DNA of 64,000 bases, taken from IMG/VR virus record IMGVR_UViG_3300027749_000047, positions 71,954-135,953 of that record; one strand, written 5' to 3'. Position numbers and translations under genes: made by a program. The DNA is from a virus. The stretch's first letter is position 1, and each line of letters starts with the position of its first letter. The notes beneath the pieces were generated by a model. It was given only the letters and a program-made list of their open reading frames with translations, did not search any database and was not told the origin of the DNA. Shown piece by piece: positions 10,613 through 19,546 of this stretch.

Positions 10613-11791
10613 ATGTCTAGGGTATTTAAAACAAATATCAGTGCACCAAATATTATTGCAACTAATACGGTGTATGGTGCTGCGGTGGATGTTACTACTA
10701 TAAGCTCAGGTTCATTAAATGTTCGTACAGATGGTGCAATAACTCTTACCTCAAGTACGGGTCAGCCTATGAGTGTAGATGCATCAACGGGCATAATTCA
10801 GGCTGCCACAAGTGTGATTGCAAATCTTGGTAATGTTGATGCTTGGGATAATTCCTCAACACTGCCATCAGTAACAACAGGTTATGGAAATGTTAGGGCT
10901 ATCAACCAAATTATTACCAGTAGTACTGCTTCAAATTCTATTAAAACTTCTGGTGGAATTGTTACTGGAGGTAGCCTTAATATAACTTCTAGTGCCATAC
11001 CTTTAACCGTTACTACAACTGCTGGAGCAAGTTTTACGGGTGGATATTTAGCTACTTTTAGTAATCCTTTTGATCAAACTACTAATTTAGTTACTATTGA
11101 CTCTGCGGGGAATATAAATACACAAGCTGGTTTAACTGCTGGCCCTATACAGTGCAATGGTACATTCACTCTTCCAGCAACCGGAACCCCCGGTTCAGGA
11201 GGTTACTCTGCAGGCTCTATTGGATTTGACTCCGCTAGTAATAAATTTTATGGAACTACAACTACAACTAGTGGTAGAGGGCTTATTCCATCTATTCAAA
11301 AGCAAGTTCTTGCTGGAAATAGCTCCGCCGCTACCACTAATACTTTAGTTAACGTATTTCCAACTACCCCTGGATTACCTATTGAAGCGGCTAAACTTTA
11401 TTACTTTAAGGCAACCTATCATTTTAATACCACTTGGACTTCAGGAACGGCGGTTGCTAACGTAGCTTTCACGTTTGCTAATGCCCCAGTAGCAATTAAG
11501 TACACCATAAAAACTTACAATGCCACTACTGCAAACTCGGCTTTAGAATACAATGCCGTGCGTACTACCGCAGCGGCCTCTCAAGCAACTGCTGCTTTTA
11601 CAGCCTCTAGGAACTCAACGGCTGAAATTGAAGGTTACTTTACATCCAATGCGACAACGGGTGGAACTATGACTCCTCAATTTAGTATGTCAACCACAGG
11701 ATCATCCACAGTAGTTTCACAGTTTTCTACTTTTGAGATTCAAAAAATAGGTACTACAGGTACTCAAAATATTGCTGGTGCATGGGCATAA
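10613..11791 (+). CDS. Tail fibre / receptor-binding-like protein
   Basis: T/S/A-rich beta protein following the fibre gene. Confidence 0.55.
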   Translation: MSRVFKTNISAPNIIATNTVYGAAVDVTTISSGSLNVRTDGAITLTSSTGQPMSVDASTGIIQAATSVIANLGNVDAWDNSSTLPSVTTGYGNVRAINQIITSSTASNSIKTSGGIVTGGSLNITSSAIPLTVTTTAGASFTGGYLATFSNPFDQTTNLVTIDSAGNINTQAGLTAGPIQCNGTFTLPATGTPGSGGYSAGSIGFDSASNKFYGTTTTTSGRGLIPSIQKQVLAGNSSAATTNTLVNVFPTTPGLPIEAAKLYYFKATYHFNTTWTSGTAVANVAFTFANAPVAIKYTIKTYNATTANSALEYNAVRTTAAASQATAAFTASRNSTAEIEGYFTSNATTGGTMTPQFSMSTTGSSTVVSQFSTFEIQKIGTTGTQNIAGAWA

Positions 11792-11863
11792 TAATAGTTT
11801 AATTAACAAGTTGTCATAACATATATGCTAGTATTTCCTTGACCATCTAACTAGGAGTAAAAC

Positions 11864-12091
11864 ATGGCCATCGATTACGACGCTCTGCTATCTGCTGAGC
11901 AAAAGCAAACAATCATTGAGAACCGTATTCAGCAGTTTGCTGCCGATATGTTTCAAACTGAACTAAATCGTGAGATTCATGTACGCGCAGGTAATGAAGA
12001 TGCTATTACTGGTTCTGACGAATCTATTGCATTTTTGAAGATTGCTATTGATGTTCATCAGGAAGAATTGGCTAAAATTTCTGCCGAGTGA
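11864..12091 (+). CDS. Small helical protein (possible fibre chaperone)
   Basis: RBS TAGGAG; last gene of the + tail module. Confidence 0.6.
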   Translation: MAIDYDALLSAEQKQTIIENRIQQFAADMFQTELNREIHVRAGNEDAITGSDESIAFLKIAIDVHQEELAKISAE

Positions 12092-12106
12092 CCTGTTTTT
12101 GGGCAT

Positions 12107-12151
12107 AAAAAAAAGACCAAATGGGGCGCCCCCGAAGGGGTGCCCCATTGG
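12107..12151 (-). terminator. Intrinsic terminator at the convergence point
   Basis: Minus strand CCAATGGGGCACCCC-TTCG-GGGGCGCCCCATTTGG, followed by an 8-nt U tract. Confidence 0.85.
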
Positions 12152-12497
12152 CTTTATACATTGACGTAATGCATAACGCACACACCAAATAAAACACGAC
12201 TAAGGAAAATGTCTCATTGGTTTTATGCATTAGCGTAATGTAGTTGCACATGTTGCGTCCGGTTTTTACCTTGCACTGTCTACCACACAAGGCTTGGTAT
12301 GTGCATGCACGCAGGCCTCTGTCTATTTGCATATCAGCGAGGGGCCACTCACGTCAATGTCTTTCGGGTATTGCTACGTGCGTCGTGCGGGCGATACATC
12401 AAATAAATAGTCAGTCGACCTTAAACTACTGCCAGAACAACAGTAAGCATAGGCAGGTTGACGTTTGCTCCCTGGAAAGGAGTCAGACGCACTTTAC
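12152..12497 (-). ncRNA. Candidate structured RNA (unknown family)
   Basis: Two perfect 10-bp pairings (12158-67/12351-60 and 12167-76/12223-32), a GNRA hairpin and further hairpins. No convincing ORF. Confidence 0.4.
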
Positions 12498-12857
12498 TTA
12501 AGGTATCGTAACTGCGGGAGCAGTCATCTTGGGGGGTAGACCCAAGTCTTTTCCAACAGGATCACCAATGTACAGGTCATTTTCTGTCATTCGTGTCGGT
12601 GGACGTTGTGCTGCTGGCGCACCGTTTGGCACACCAGCTTTTGCTGGAACAGGTACGGTCAAGGGTCCTTGACCTACGTGACCTTCAGCAAACCAGATTG
12701 CTACTTGCCGTACTGAATCAAATACGGTCAAGACGCGAGTGAGGATTCCTGAGAGGTTTCCAAACTGGTTGAGTCGGTCAAGGTTTCTTGCTCCGTTAGT
12801 CTTTGCCCAGGAGAATCCAAAAATGGAGACTGCTGTTGCCACAATAAGTAAGCCCAT
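12498..12857 (-). CDS. Hypothetical protein, N-terminal membrane anchor, Pro-rich tail
   Basis: RBS AAGGAAG; hydrophobic N-terminus; overlaps the upstream ORF by 130 nt. Confidence 0.6.
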   Translation of the reverse strand: MGLLIVATAVSIFGFSWAKTNGARNLDRLNQFGNLSGILTRVLTVFDSVRQVAIWFAEGHVGQGPLTVPVPAKAGVPNGAPAAQRPPTRMTENDLYIGDPVGKDLGLPPKMTAPAVTIP

Positions 12858-13708
12858 CGGTTACTTCCTTCATCTTGTAAGTCGTACACAGTTTGCCATC
12901 CTCTGTAAAAAGCATCTTGTGCTATTGACCAGATTTTGGCTGAGGTTTCAGATAGATGTTCTTCGATAACTGGTGGGTTAACATAGATTTCTTCTATCAA
13001 TTGTTGTGCGTGATCTCGTGCATCGCAGTCACAGTCTTGCCTGTAATCTTTAGCATGCGAGCACTCATCGGTGCATTCTACGAGTTCTAGTGAGCACCAA
13101 CAGTCGTTAAATCCTTCTAGCTTTTTCACAATTTCTGGGCTATTAATTTCGGATTTAAAGATGCGGTAATACTCTTCTTTAAGAGGCATTACGGTCCAGA
13201 TAGGAACAACACCTACAATATGAAACTTATTGTTTTCGTTTCCGACAACAATTTCGTTACCGTTTACTTCGTAATCAAAACGGTCAGCGTTAGATTCATA
13301 CTGTAGGTTGTCTATAGCCCACCGGTGATTTTCAAGCGGGCTATAGACTCGTTGGATTCCTACGCAAGGGTAATCAATGTCAAAGAAATCAACTAGTTGC
13401 TGGTATGGCATGTTAGTTGATGGGTCAATGATTGAGCACCATTGCACTGCTGTTGGGTACAGGTAGGGCTGTCGCTGTTGTGTACAAACGCAGTTGTAAG
13501 CCATGCTGTGGTAATACCCGACGCAATTGTTGCATTCAAATATTTGTCCAGCGTGTATTCCAACACCGGATTCAGCACCGCTAAGTAGTGAATACCAGTT
13601 TGTTTTGTCACCGGAAAGCCAGCGTTCATAGCCCGCTTTCCATTCAGCGATAAAAGGTGAATAAAAGGTATCTAACGTTGGCCTTTCATCACCTCTCATG
13701 CCCCACAT
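12728..13708 (-). CDS. Hypothetical Cys-rich protein
   Basis: 326-aa ORF with CNNC, NCVC and CDC clusters. Confidence 0.65.
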   Translation of the reverse strand: MWGMRGDERPTLDTFYSPFIAEWKAGYERWLSGDKTNWYSLLSGAESGVGIHAGQIFECNNCVGYYHSMAYNCVCTQQRQPYLYPTAVQWCSIIDPSTNMPYQQLVDFFDIDYPCVGIQRVYSPLENHRWAIDNLQYESNADRFDYEVNGNEIVVGNENNKFHIVGVVPIWTVMPLKEEYYRIFKSEINSPEIVKKLEGFNDCWCSLELVECTDECSHAKDYRQDCDCDARDHAQQLIEEIYVNPPVIEEHLSETSAKIWSIAQDAFYRGWQTVYDLQDEGSNRWAYLLWQQQSPFLDSPGQRLTEQETLTDSTSLETSQESSLAS

Positions 13709-13710
13709 GG

Positions 13711-14688
13711 TTACTTACGCTTTTTGTTCGGGTTGCTCTTAGGGTAGCTGTTACGCTGTCCCGGCTTGACGTTTGGGAAGTCTTTAGCCAGCGAACGTTC
13801 AGTGTCTGCTACTTCTTGAGCAACTGCTGCATTAGCAACCATTTCTGCTTGCTCTAGAGTGATGTCACCCTCAACTTCTACAGTGGCAATGTTTGACACA
13901 ATGTCAATTACCGTTGCGCTTGCTGTAATCTTGTCGATGTTTTCGCTGATTACTTCTGCTACGATTTCGTCACGCTTGTAGAACAGGGTAAATGCTGCGC
14001 TAGCCATTGCTACGGAAACAATGAATAGGACGGTTGCGACTCCGCCTGATAGTGCTGCGGCGATGAAATTTCCGACGAACGGAAGGCTTGAAACAAACGA
14101 TACAACAGCGCCGTTTAGTAGAGCGTTAACAGCTAGTCCTGCGCCAACTGTTACAGATGCAAAAGTTGTTGAGCGGATAGTGATTGGGTTGTTGAAAGCG
14201 TGCTTCATGATTGTTCCGAGACCTGAAAGGTTACGGTATGCAAAGTTAGCAGCGTTGTAACGCATTTCAGTGAATGTAGCGTTTGCATCATGCACAAAAT
14301 CACCAGTAGGTGCGTGTACACTCTTTACCAAACTGCCGAGCAATGCACCGACCTTATCAATGCTGTTGTGCGTGATAATCGCGACTGTAGTGATGGTATT
14401 TGTTACAAAAGAAATCACTGACTGTACGATTCCTGTTAGTGTCAAATACCCTTGCTTAGTTGCAGTTAAACTAGCAACTAGTGATCCACTAACACCTGCT
14501 GGCATGGATGACCATACGCGCTTTGCAAAGTTAAGGCCTGTTGTCGTGATGCCTTTTGTTGATGATGTTAGCTTGATTGCTAGTGCCTTAAGGAAGGCTA
14601 GCTGGTTAGTCGCTTTGGACTGTACTTTAACTAGGACTGACTTGTAGTCCAAGCCTGCGCCTACTGGCGCTGCTGATGATGCAGACAT
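13711..14688 (-). CDS. Hypothetical multi-pass membrane protein
   Basis: ATG at 14688 after AGAAAGGG; several long hydrophobic Ala/Val/Gly segments; basic C-terminus. Confidence 0.7.
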   Translation of the reverse strand: MSASSAAPVGAGLDYKSVLVKVQSKATNQLAFLKALAIKLTSSTKGITTTGLNFAKRVWSSMPAGVSGSLVASLTATKQGYLTLTGIVQSVISFVTNTITTVAIITHNSIDKVGALLGSLVKSVHAPTGDFVHDANATFTEMRYNAANFAYRNLSGLGTIMKHAFNNPITIRSTTFASVTVGAGLAVNALLNGAVVSFVSSLPFVGNFIAAALSGGVATVLFIVSVAMASAAFTLFYKRDEIVAEVISENIDKITASATVIDIVSNIATVEVEGDITLEQAEMVANAAVAQEVADTERSLAKDFPNVKPGQRNSYPKSNPNKKRK

Positions 14689-14758
14689 GTCTACACCCTT
14701 TCTTTGTGTGTAATTCACTTTTAGTGAATGGGTAAGGTACTTCTGTTTCCCTAACTCC

Positions 14759-14797
14759 CCTAGATGCTCAACCAGATAAGTGGCTGAGCATCGTAGG
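14759..14797 (-). other. Long hairpin without U tract (processing or attenuation site?)
   Basis: CCTA-GATGCTCA..CCA / TGG..TGAGCATC-TAGG imperfect stem. Confidence 0.5.
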
Positions 14798-14807
14798 CAA
14801 TCAGAGG

Positions 14808-15050
14808 TTAAAGTGCTTCACCTGGGCTGATTACTTCAAGGGCGCGAAGTAGCGTATTGATTTCTACGCCTAGCGCTTCGCACAGCGGGGGAAGAATGTC
14901 GATACTTGGCCTGGTTTCAAATGTGAAGTAACGGTACAAGTTACCTCGGTTGATACCAACGGCTACTGCGACTTCTTGCAGAGACTTATACTCAAGCTCT
15001 TTCATTCGTTCGCGTAGCCATTTCATTCCGGTTGGTTGTTTCTTAGCCAT
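14808..15050 (-). CDS. XRE/Cro-like HTH transcriptional regulator
   Basis: SLQEVAVAVGINRGNLYRYFTFETRPSIDILPPLCEALGV, an HTH_3 pattern. Confidence 0.85.
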   Translation of the reverse strand: MAKKQPTGMKWLRERMKELEYKSLQEVAVAVGINRGNLYRYFTFETRPSIDILPPLCEALGVEINTLLRALEVISPGEAL

Positions 15051-15438
15051 GGTGTACTAGCTCCTTTTCTTCTGCGCATTCGATGCAACCGCAGTCGCTG
15101 CACATTTTGTCGTATTCGTTAAAGATGTGACTGAGTGTTGCTGATGTTAGGTTGCAGTTACGGTCAATGACTTTTGCTGCTTGGGTAGTTGTTTGTGCGA
15201 GTGCGTCTACAATTTCGCCGTCGATTGAATTCATGATGCTTGACGCTTGTGACGCTGCAACATCTGGCGGTAGATAGTTCTCTAGGTGGCGTGTGATTGT
15301 GGTCTCGATAGCACCTAGTAGTTCACGACCAAAGATAGTTTTAGCTTGGTCGTTAAAGTGGTCAATCATGATACTGCGTGTTACTTCGTTTTTTTCATAC
15401 TCGCGCTTGAGTATTGCTTTTTGTATTTGCTTGCACAT
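15043..15438 (-). CDS. Hypothetical protein (C-terminal CxxC..CxxC)
   Basis: ATG at 15438 after GGAG; coupled to the HTH gene. Confidence 0.7.
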   Translation of the reverse strand: MCKQIQKAILKREYEKNEVTRSIMIDHFNDQAKTIFGRELLGAIETTITRHLENYLPPDVAASQASSIMNSIDGEIVDALAQTTTQAAKVIDRNCNLTSATLSHIFNEYDKMCSDCGCIECAEEKELVHHG

Positions 15439-15454
15439 GTTTACTCCAGACATG

Positions 15455-15485
15455 AAAAAAGCCCCGACGCTGTTTGCGTCAGAGC
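15455..15485 (-). terminator. Intrinsic terminator directly upstream of the 15438 gene RBS
   Basis: GCTCTGACGC-AAACA-GCGTCGGGGC-TTTTTT on the minus strand. Confidence 0.8.
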
Positions 15486-15625
15486 TGATTGCTTTGTATT
15501 TTGTCTTAAGGTTTGTCCGGTCACATCCAAATCGTGACTGAGGTTATCCTCCGAGACTGGGAGTGATTATCAGATCAAATCGTAATAATCACTAGTTATC
15601 GGGTAAAGGTCTCCCAACCCGATAC
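15455..15625 (-). ncRNA. Candidate riboswitch-like leader or sRNA
   Basis: Begins right after a promoter; four hairpins and a possible pseudoknot; ends in a terminator. Confidence 0.55.
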
Positions 15626-15629
15626 ATCT

Positions 15630-15659
15630 ATTATACCACACATTTACAACGGCTTGCAA
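15630..15659 (-). promoter_or_regulatory. SigA-type promoter
   Basis: TTGCAA-18 nt-TATAAT with extended -10 TG; near-identical design to 18442-18471. Confidence 0.75.
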
Positions 15660-15661
15660 CT

Positions 15662-15850
15662 TTATTTGAAAGTTTTTTCTAACTCTCTTAAAACATCTTT
15701 TTCTTCACGAGATAGTTTGAGTTTATCTCGGTAGTAGCCAGATGTTACCGTTCGTGTAGAAAGCCAGGCGCGAACACCAGCAGTAATAGCTACTGATGAA
15801 CCTAATGTAAGTAGTGCACCCATGTATTTAATGGTATCTAAATGTGTCAT
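15662..15850 (-). CDS. Small membrane-anchored hypothetical protein
   Basis: TAATG coupling; hydrophobic N-terminal segment. Confidence 0.6.
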   Translation of the reverse strand: MTHLDTIKYMGALLTLGSSVAITAGVRAWLSTRTVTSGYYRDKLKLSREEKDVLRELEKTFK

Positions 15851-16152
15851 TATTTGTCAACCACAGTCGGGCCTGTGTATCCGCTAATCTTTCGTGCAGC
15901 AACCTCAATGTTATTGATGTCGCCAATGTGGCTTAGTTCACACGTCTTATTCTTGTACAGTTCTCGTTCTTCGTACAAGATTTGATTCTCTGTGTCGTAG
16001 TCGTACAGAGATTTTAATAACTTTTGATTCTCAGCGTCACGTTCTACAATTTCGCTAAGAAGTTTGTGGTTTTCTTCAACGCGGTAAAAACCGCCAATAA
16101 CAATGCCTGTAAATAAAATTCCAAACATTTCTACATAACTAATGGCGTTCAT
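15850..16152 (-). CDS. Hypothetical protein (TM plus coiled coil)
   Basis: ATG at 16152 overlaps the TGA of 16149-16328. Confidence 0.65.
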   Translation of the reverse strand: MNAISYVEMFGILFTGIVIGGFYRVEENHKLLSEIVERDAENQKLLKSLYDYDTENQILYEERELYKNKTCELSHIGDINNIEVAARKISGYTGPTVVDK

Positions 16153-16328
16153 TTCTTGCCTTTCTCGTGCTTTTCTAAGTACGCCGTGCATAGGTTAGCA
16201 AAGCGTACATCAACGGGTTGACTTTCATCCTCTAGATGTACCAATAGTTCTTGGTTATCCATAAGAAGTTTAATTAAGTCTGCTTGCGACTTTTTTAGGG
16301 CATTTACAGCTTTTATTTTATTGAGCAT
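16149..16328 (-). CDS. Hypothetical 59-aa protein (not in the ORF track)
   Basis: MLNKIKAVNALKKSQADLIKLLMDNQELL...EKHEKGKK; fills the gap and overlaps both neighbours. Confidence 0.6.
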   Translation of the reverse strand: MLNKIKAVNALKKSQADLIKLLMDNQELLVHLEDESQPVDVRFANLCTAYLEKHEKGKK

Positions 16329-17067
16329 TTAGCGACCTGTAGTTGATTCGAGTGTTTCCATAAGATGATTGGTATTTAACAAATTCTTTGTCGTCACAAA
16401 AAACTTGTTGTATCAATTTTTCTTCGTTTGTGTAAGGGTTTTCTGAAACGACTATGTGATACCTATGCTTATCGCAAAAACAAAGATTTGCTCTAATGTA
16501 TTCGATAGCTGCTTTTTTAGTAAGAAACACACCCCAAAACTTTGCTTTAAACAAGCTAGAGTGTTTAGGTATGTCTAATGCTAAATAAGTTTTTGGTGGA
16601 TCAATAACGTCAGACTCTAAAATGTCGTCAACAATTTTGATTGTAGGGCACGGATACTCAAGGTCGCACTCTACGCAAAAACCTTCTTCCTCTGTGTGCA
16701 GTTCATCTAACTTATCGACATGAAGTAAAACGTTATTAAACTTTTCGTTAATAGCAATTTCACGTTCAAATTTTCTTTCATTTCTTTCTTTTTGTTTTTG
16801 CCTCTTAGACTTGTGTGCAAAAGGATTGACATTGACTACTCGCTCACCGATATTATTCGGACTACCAATAGAGTCCATGTAAGCGTTTGCAGCGTACGTA
16901 CCTAATTGTTTTTCTACCGCACTGCGTAAACCTTCCGCATTACCTTCGGCTACTACCTTAGCAATATCTGAATTTTTTTCGGCGGCTTTTGCAAGTTCGG
17001 CAGCGATTTCTTTATACTCATCTGCGGTCAACAGAGTTATCGTTCTTAGATTAGTGTTTTTAATCAT
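16318..17067 (-). CDS. Hypothetical protein
   Basis: Probable start MIKNTNL at 17067, overlapping the preceding stop; contains CxxC-x4-C. Confidence 0.65.
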   Translation of the reverse strand: MIKNTNLRTITLLTADEYKEIAAELAKAAEKNSDIAKVVAEGNAEGLRSAVEKQLGTYAANAYMDSIGSPNNIGERVVNVNPFAHKSKRQKQKERNERKFEREIAINEKFNNVLLHVDKLDELHTEEEGFCVECDLEYPCPTIKIVDDILESDVIDPPKTYLALDIPKHSSLFKAKFWGVFLTKKAAIEYIRANLCFCDKHRYHIVVSENPYTNEEKLIQQVFCDDKEFVKYQSSYGNTRINYRSLNAQ

Positions 17068-17302
17068 CAGCGTTTTTCTCACATTCGTGTTTGATGCTGT
17101 AATCAAATTGGCAGTAGTAGCACTCCATTGTTTCACCACAGTTCTTGCACTCGTAGACAAACTGTTGCTCATCGCAGTGGATGATTGTATTGTCAAGAAT
17201 CCAGTAGTAAGTGTTGTGGTCGATTGCATAATCAGGCATGTTCCTGGTGTCTGCATCTTTAATGGCGTCGTGCATTGCGTCGAGAGTTCCATGGTCAGCC
17301 AT
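17060..17302 (-). CDS. Hypothetical zinc-ribbon protein
   Basis: CKNC..CYYC motifs. Confidence 0.6.
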   Translation of the reverse strand: MADHGTLDAMHDAIKDADTRNMPDYAIDHNTYYWILDNTIIHCDEQQFVYECKNCGETMECYYCQFDYSIKHECEKNADD

Positions 17303-17567
17303 GCTGACCACTTACTTGCTTTTGTGTGTGCAAATCCGTATCCAGTTTGGTTAAGGCTTGCTCTAACTCTCTTGCTAATTTCCTTGCTTCGTTAAACGTC
17401 AATGACGTTATCAACTTGTCAAGGTGCGCGTGGTCTTGCCAGACATTTACTGTTATGTTAACAACACCCTCAACGTAACCGTCTGGCGTGAACATGGTGG
17501 CGGAAGTTACGTCAACCAACTTGGTGCGATCTGCTGCGCGTAGCATTTCTAATTTACGAATATTCAC
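17295..17567 (-). CDS. Hypothetical protein
   Basis: GTG at 17567 after GAAAGGAAG; GTGA coupling. Confidence 0.6.
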   Translation of the reverse strand: MNIRKLEMLRAADRTKLVDVTSATMFTPDGYVEGVVNITVNVWQDHAHLDKLITSLTFNEARKLARELEQALTKLDTDLHTQKQVSGQHG

Positions 17568-18115
17568 TTGACTTCCTTTCGGCTTGGGTTGCTGATAGTC
17601 ACAAAGCATTCCATGCATACGTAACCTTTTGGGTGTATTAGCAGGGAGTTTTCGTAATCGTCAGCAACTAGGCACTGGCCGCTGTTCATTGCCATAACGA
17701 AGCAGCCTTGGCAAACAGGACGAGTCTCAATGTAGTAGACCTGGTACTGCTTTTCTGGCTCTTGCTTAGACAAGCTAAACAGGGCTTTGATAGAGCCTGT
17801 AACTAACTCAAACAAAAACGTAACGGCTTCGTTCACGACATCTGAATTGTGCGGTAGCGTGTGATCAGGGCATTTGCAGCAATCAACACACAGATAGTCG
17901 CCGTCTTGAATGGTGTGCGGGCAAGCCCACTCATCAACACGCAGTACATTACATTCCTTGCACAATGGTGGCTTAATCACTTCTTGCTCCTTTGCGGGTT
18001 CAGGCATCAATTCTTTGATGTCAGATTTAACTAGGTGGTACAGGATGACTAGCAGGACTGGCATGAGCACTAGCAGAAATGCACGTTCTAGGAACGTGGC
18101 GATGGTCCAGCCCAT
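17564..18115 (-). CDS. Hypothetical protein, TM segment plus multiple CxxC motifs
   Basis: Start MGWTIATF at 18115; CKEC, CVDC, CQGC and CMEC motifs. Confidence 0.65.
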   Translation of the reverse strand: MGWTIATFLERAFLLVLMPVLLVILYHLVKSDIKELMPEPAKEQEVIKPPLCKECNVLRVDEWACPHTIQDGDYLCVDCCKCPDHTLPHNSDVVNEAVTFLFELVTGSIKALFSLSKQEPEKQYQVYYIETRPVCQGCFVMAMNSGQCLVADDYENSLLIHPKGYVCMECFVTISNPSRKEVK

Positions 18116-18116
18116 G

Positions 18117-18356
18117 TTATTTACCTTCCTTGCATAAAGCGCAGTAACTGCTGTTGTGGCGTTGCCCGCGCATGTGAGCGATGGTTTCTTCTTCGCGAAG
18201 CTTTTGCTGAGCCTCGCCAGCAGTTCCAAGTGCTACAAGTATTGACATTGCTGTCTTTGCTGTAACACTGGCTGCCTTTTTTGCTGCTGCTTTAGCGTCA
18301 ACACTTGGGGCGTCGACCTTAGAGCTACTGGTGTTTCCGGTTTTTGCTTTTGACAT
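18117..18356 (-). CDS. Hypothetical protein (first gene after an early promoter)
   Basis: ATG at 18356 after CAGGAG. Confidence 0.65.
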   Translation of the reverse strand: MSKAKTGNTSSSKVDAPSVDAKAAAKKAASVTAKTAMSILVALGTAGEAQQKLREEETIAHMRGQRHNSSYCALCKEGK

Positions 18357-18441
18357 GATTTTCTCCTGTAATGCAGAAACCCCCAAAACACGGTATTTTG
18401 GGGGTATTTTCAGGCAGCACAAATGCCGCTTGAATACTTCT

Positions 18442-18471
18442 ATTATAGCACACTTTGTGACCTTTATGCAA
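18442..18471 (-). promoter_or_regulatory. SigA-type promoter
   Basis: TTGCAT-18 nt-TATAAT with extended -10 TG. Confidence 0.75.
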
Positions 18472-18507
18472 CACATAAAGGCAAAAAAATACCGATAGGC
18501 TAATAGA

Positions 18508-18571
18508 TACAGAAAGGCTGGTCTCTTTCTGTAGTAGGAAGGGCAGTTTTGCCGTGTTTCTGCCCTTCCTA
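18508..18571. terminator. Two abutting hairpins downstream of the DUF932 gene
   Basis: TACAGAAAG/CTTTCTGTA (9 bp) and GTAGGAAGGGCAG/CTGCCCTTCCTAC (13 bp). Confidence 0.5.
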
Positions 18572-18581
18572 CGTCTATTTA

Positions 18582-19538
18582 TTACAGTTTAGCCAGAATA
18601 GAATGTGCTTCTTGCTTAGGGCTTTCCAAGCGAGTCAAAGTGCGCTTAATTAACGAATCAGTGGTCTTAAACTCATTAACATGATCGCACAACTCAATAG
18701 CAGCCTGCAAAATGCCCCATTTGGTACCAGAAATACCAGCACATGTAGGGCCTTCGTACAGTTTGCGTAACTGTGCACGCTTACCAGTTACATTGTCACG
18801 AATCCTTTCAGACATGTCGGTTGAGTATGGCAACCACAAATCCATAAAGTCTTCAAACATGTAATCGCTAGCGTTCTGTGTCGCAAAATGCTCAGCCATA
18901 CGTTCCCAATGCTTAAAAGCACCCAAACTAGATTGAATGTGCATTCTTGCAGCCTCAATCTTGGTAGCCCAACTGCTGGTATGGCGAATAGTAAACGATG
19001 TCTTGTTGCTATCCATTTGCCGTTCAGCGATTGCTTGAGTATTAGCACAAACAACCCGTACGGCTGTAGGGCCTAGCTTTAACCCACCCTGACCGTCGTG
19101 CCGTGAAATAAACACAAGGTAAGGGTATGTTTCTGACGGGTCATTCCGGACTTGGATTGGTTCGTCCAAGTACATTGTGGCGACAATTTGTCTTCCGCCA
19201 TCTAAACTAACTAGCGTTTCAAACTTTAGATTGCTAGTTCCAGCGATGTTTCCATCCAAGACATAATCGATAATATCGCCAAACTCAGAATTTCCAATAA
19301 CAGTGTACGAATTCTTTTCAATAGAGAGAATAGAGCCTGTATCATTGCGTACAATCCGTTGCCAACCGGGGATAACACTGTGGTCATCATCAAATAACTC
19401 CTTTGTTTCAACTTCCCAGGTTAAACCTGCTTGTTTGCGTGCTTCTTCAAACGATCCTGGCCAATCGCCAATTACGTTGCCTAACTTGTGCCAGGCTGGT
19501 GTGCGGACAAACATTCCGCTATCAAATAAATGTGCCAT
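18582..19538 (-). CDS. DUF932 / TIGR03299-like phage-plasmid protein
   Basis: MAH.F.SGMFVRTPAWHKLG, HDGQGG..PTAVRVVCANT and IRHT motifs. Confidence 0.85.
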   Translation of the reverse strand: MAHLFDSGMFVRTPAWHKLGNVIGDWPGSFEEARKQAGLTWEVETKELFDDDHSVIPGWQRIVRNDTGSILSIEKNSYTVIGNSEFGDIIDYVLDGNIAGTSNLKFETLVSLDGGRQIVATMYLDEPIQVRNDPSETYPYLVFISRHDGQGGLKLGPTAVRVVCANTQAIAERQMDSNKTSFTIRHTSSWATKIEAARMHIQSSLGAFKHWERMAEHFATQNASDYMFEDFMDLWLPYSTDMSERIRDNVTGKRAQLRKLYEGPTCAGISGTKWGILQAAIELCDHVNEFKTTDSLIKRTLTRLESPKQEAHSILAKL

Positions 19539-19546
19539 GCTTTCTC

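Noticed and set aside
12072-12501. ORFs 12072-12332 (-) and 12244-12501 (+)
   Set aside because: No RBS, they run through the terminator and paired region, and lack protein-like features.
15540-15625. HDV-like ribozyme (P1-P2-P1'-P4-P2' order)
   Set aside because: There is no room for P3/L3 between the pseudoknot strand and P1', and no recognisable catalytic J4/2; hammerhead core CUGAnGA is also absent.
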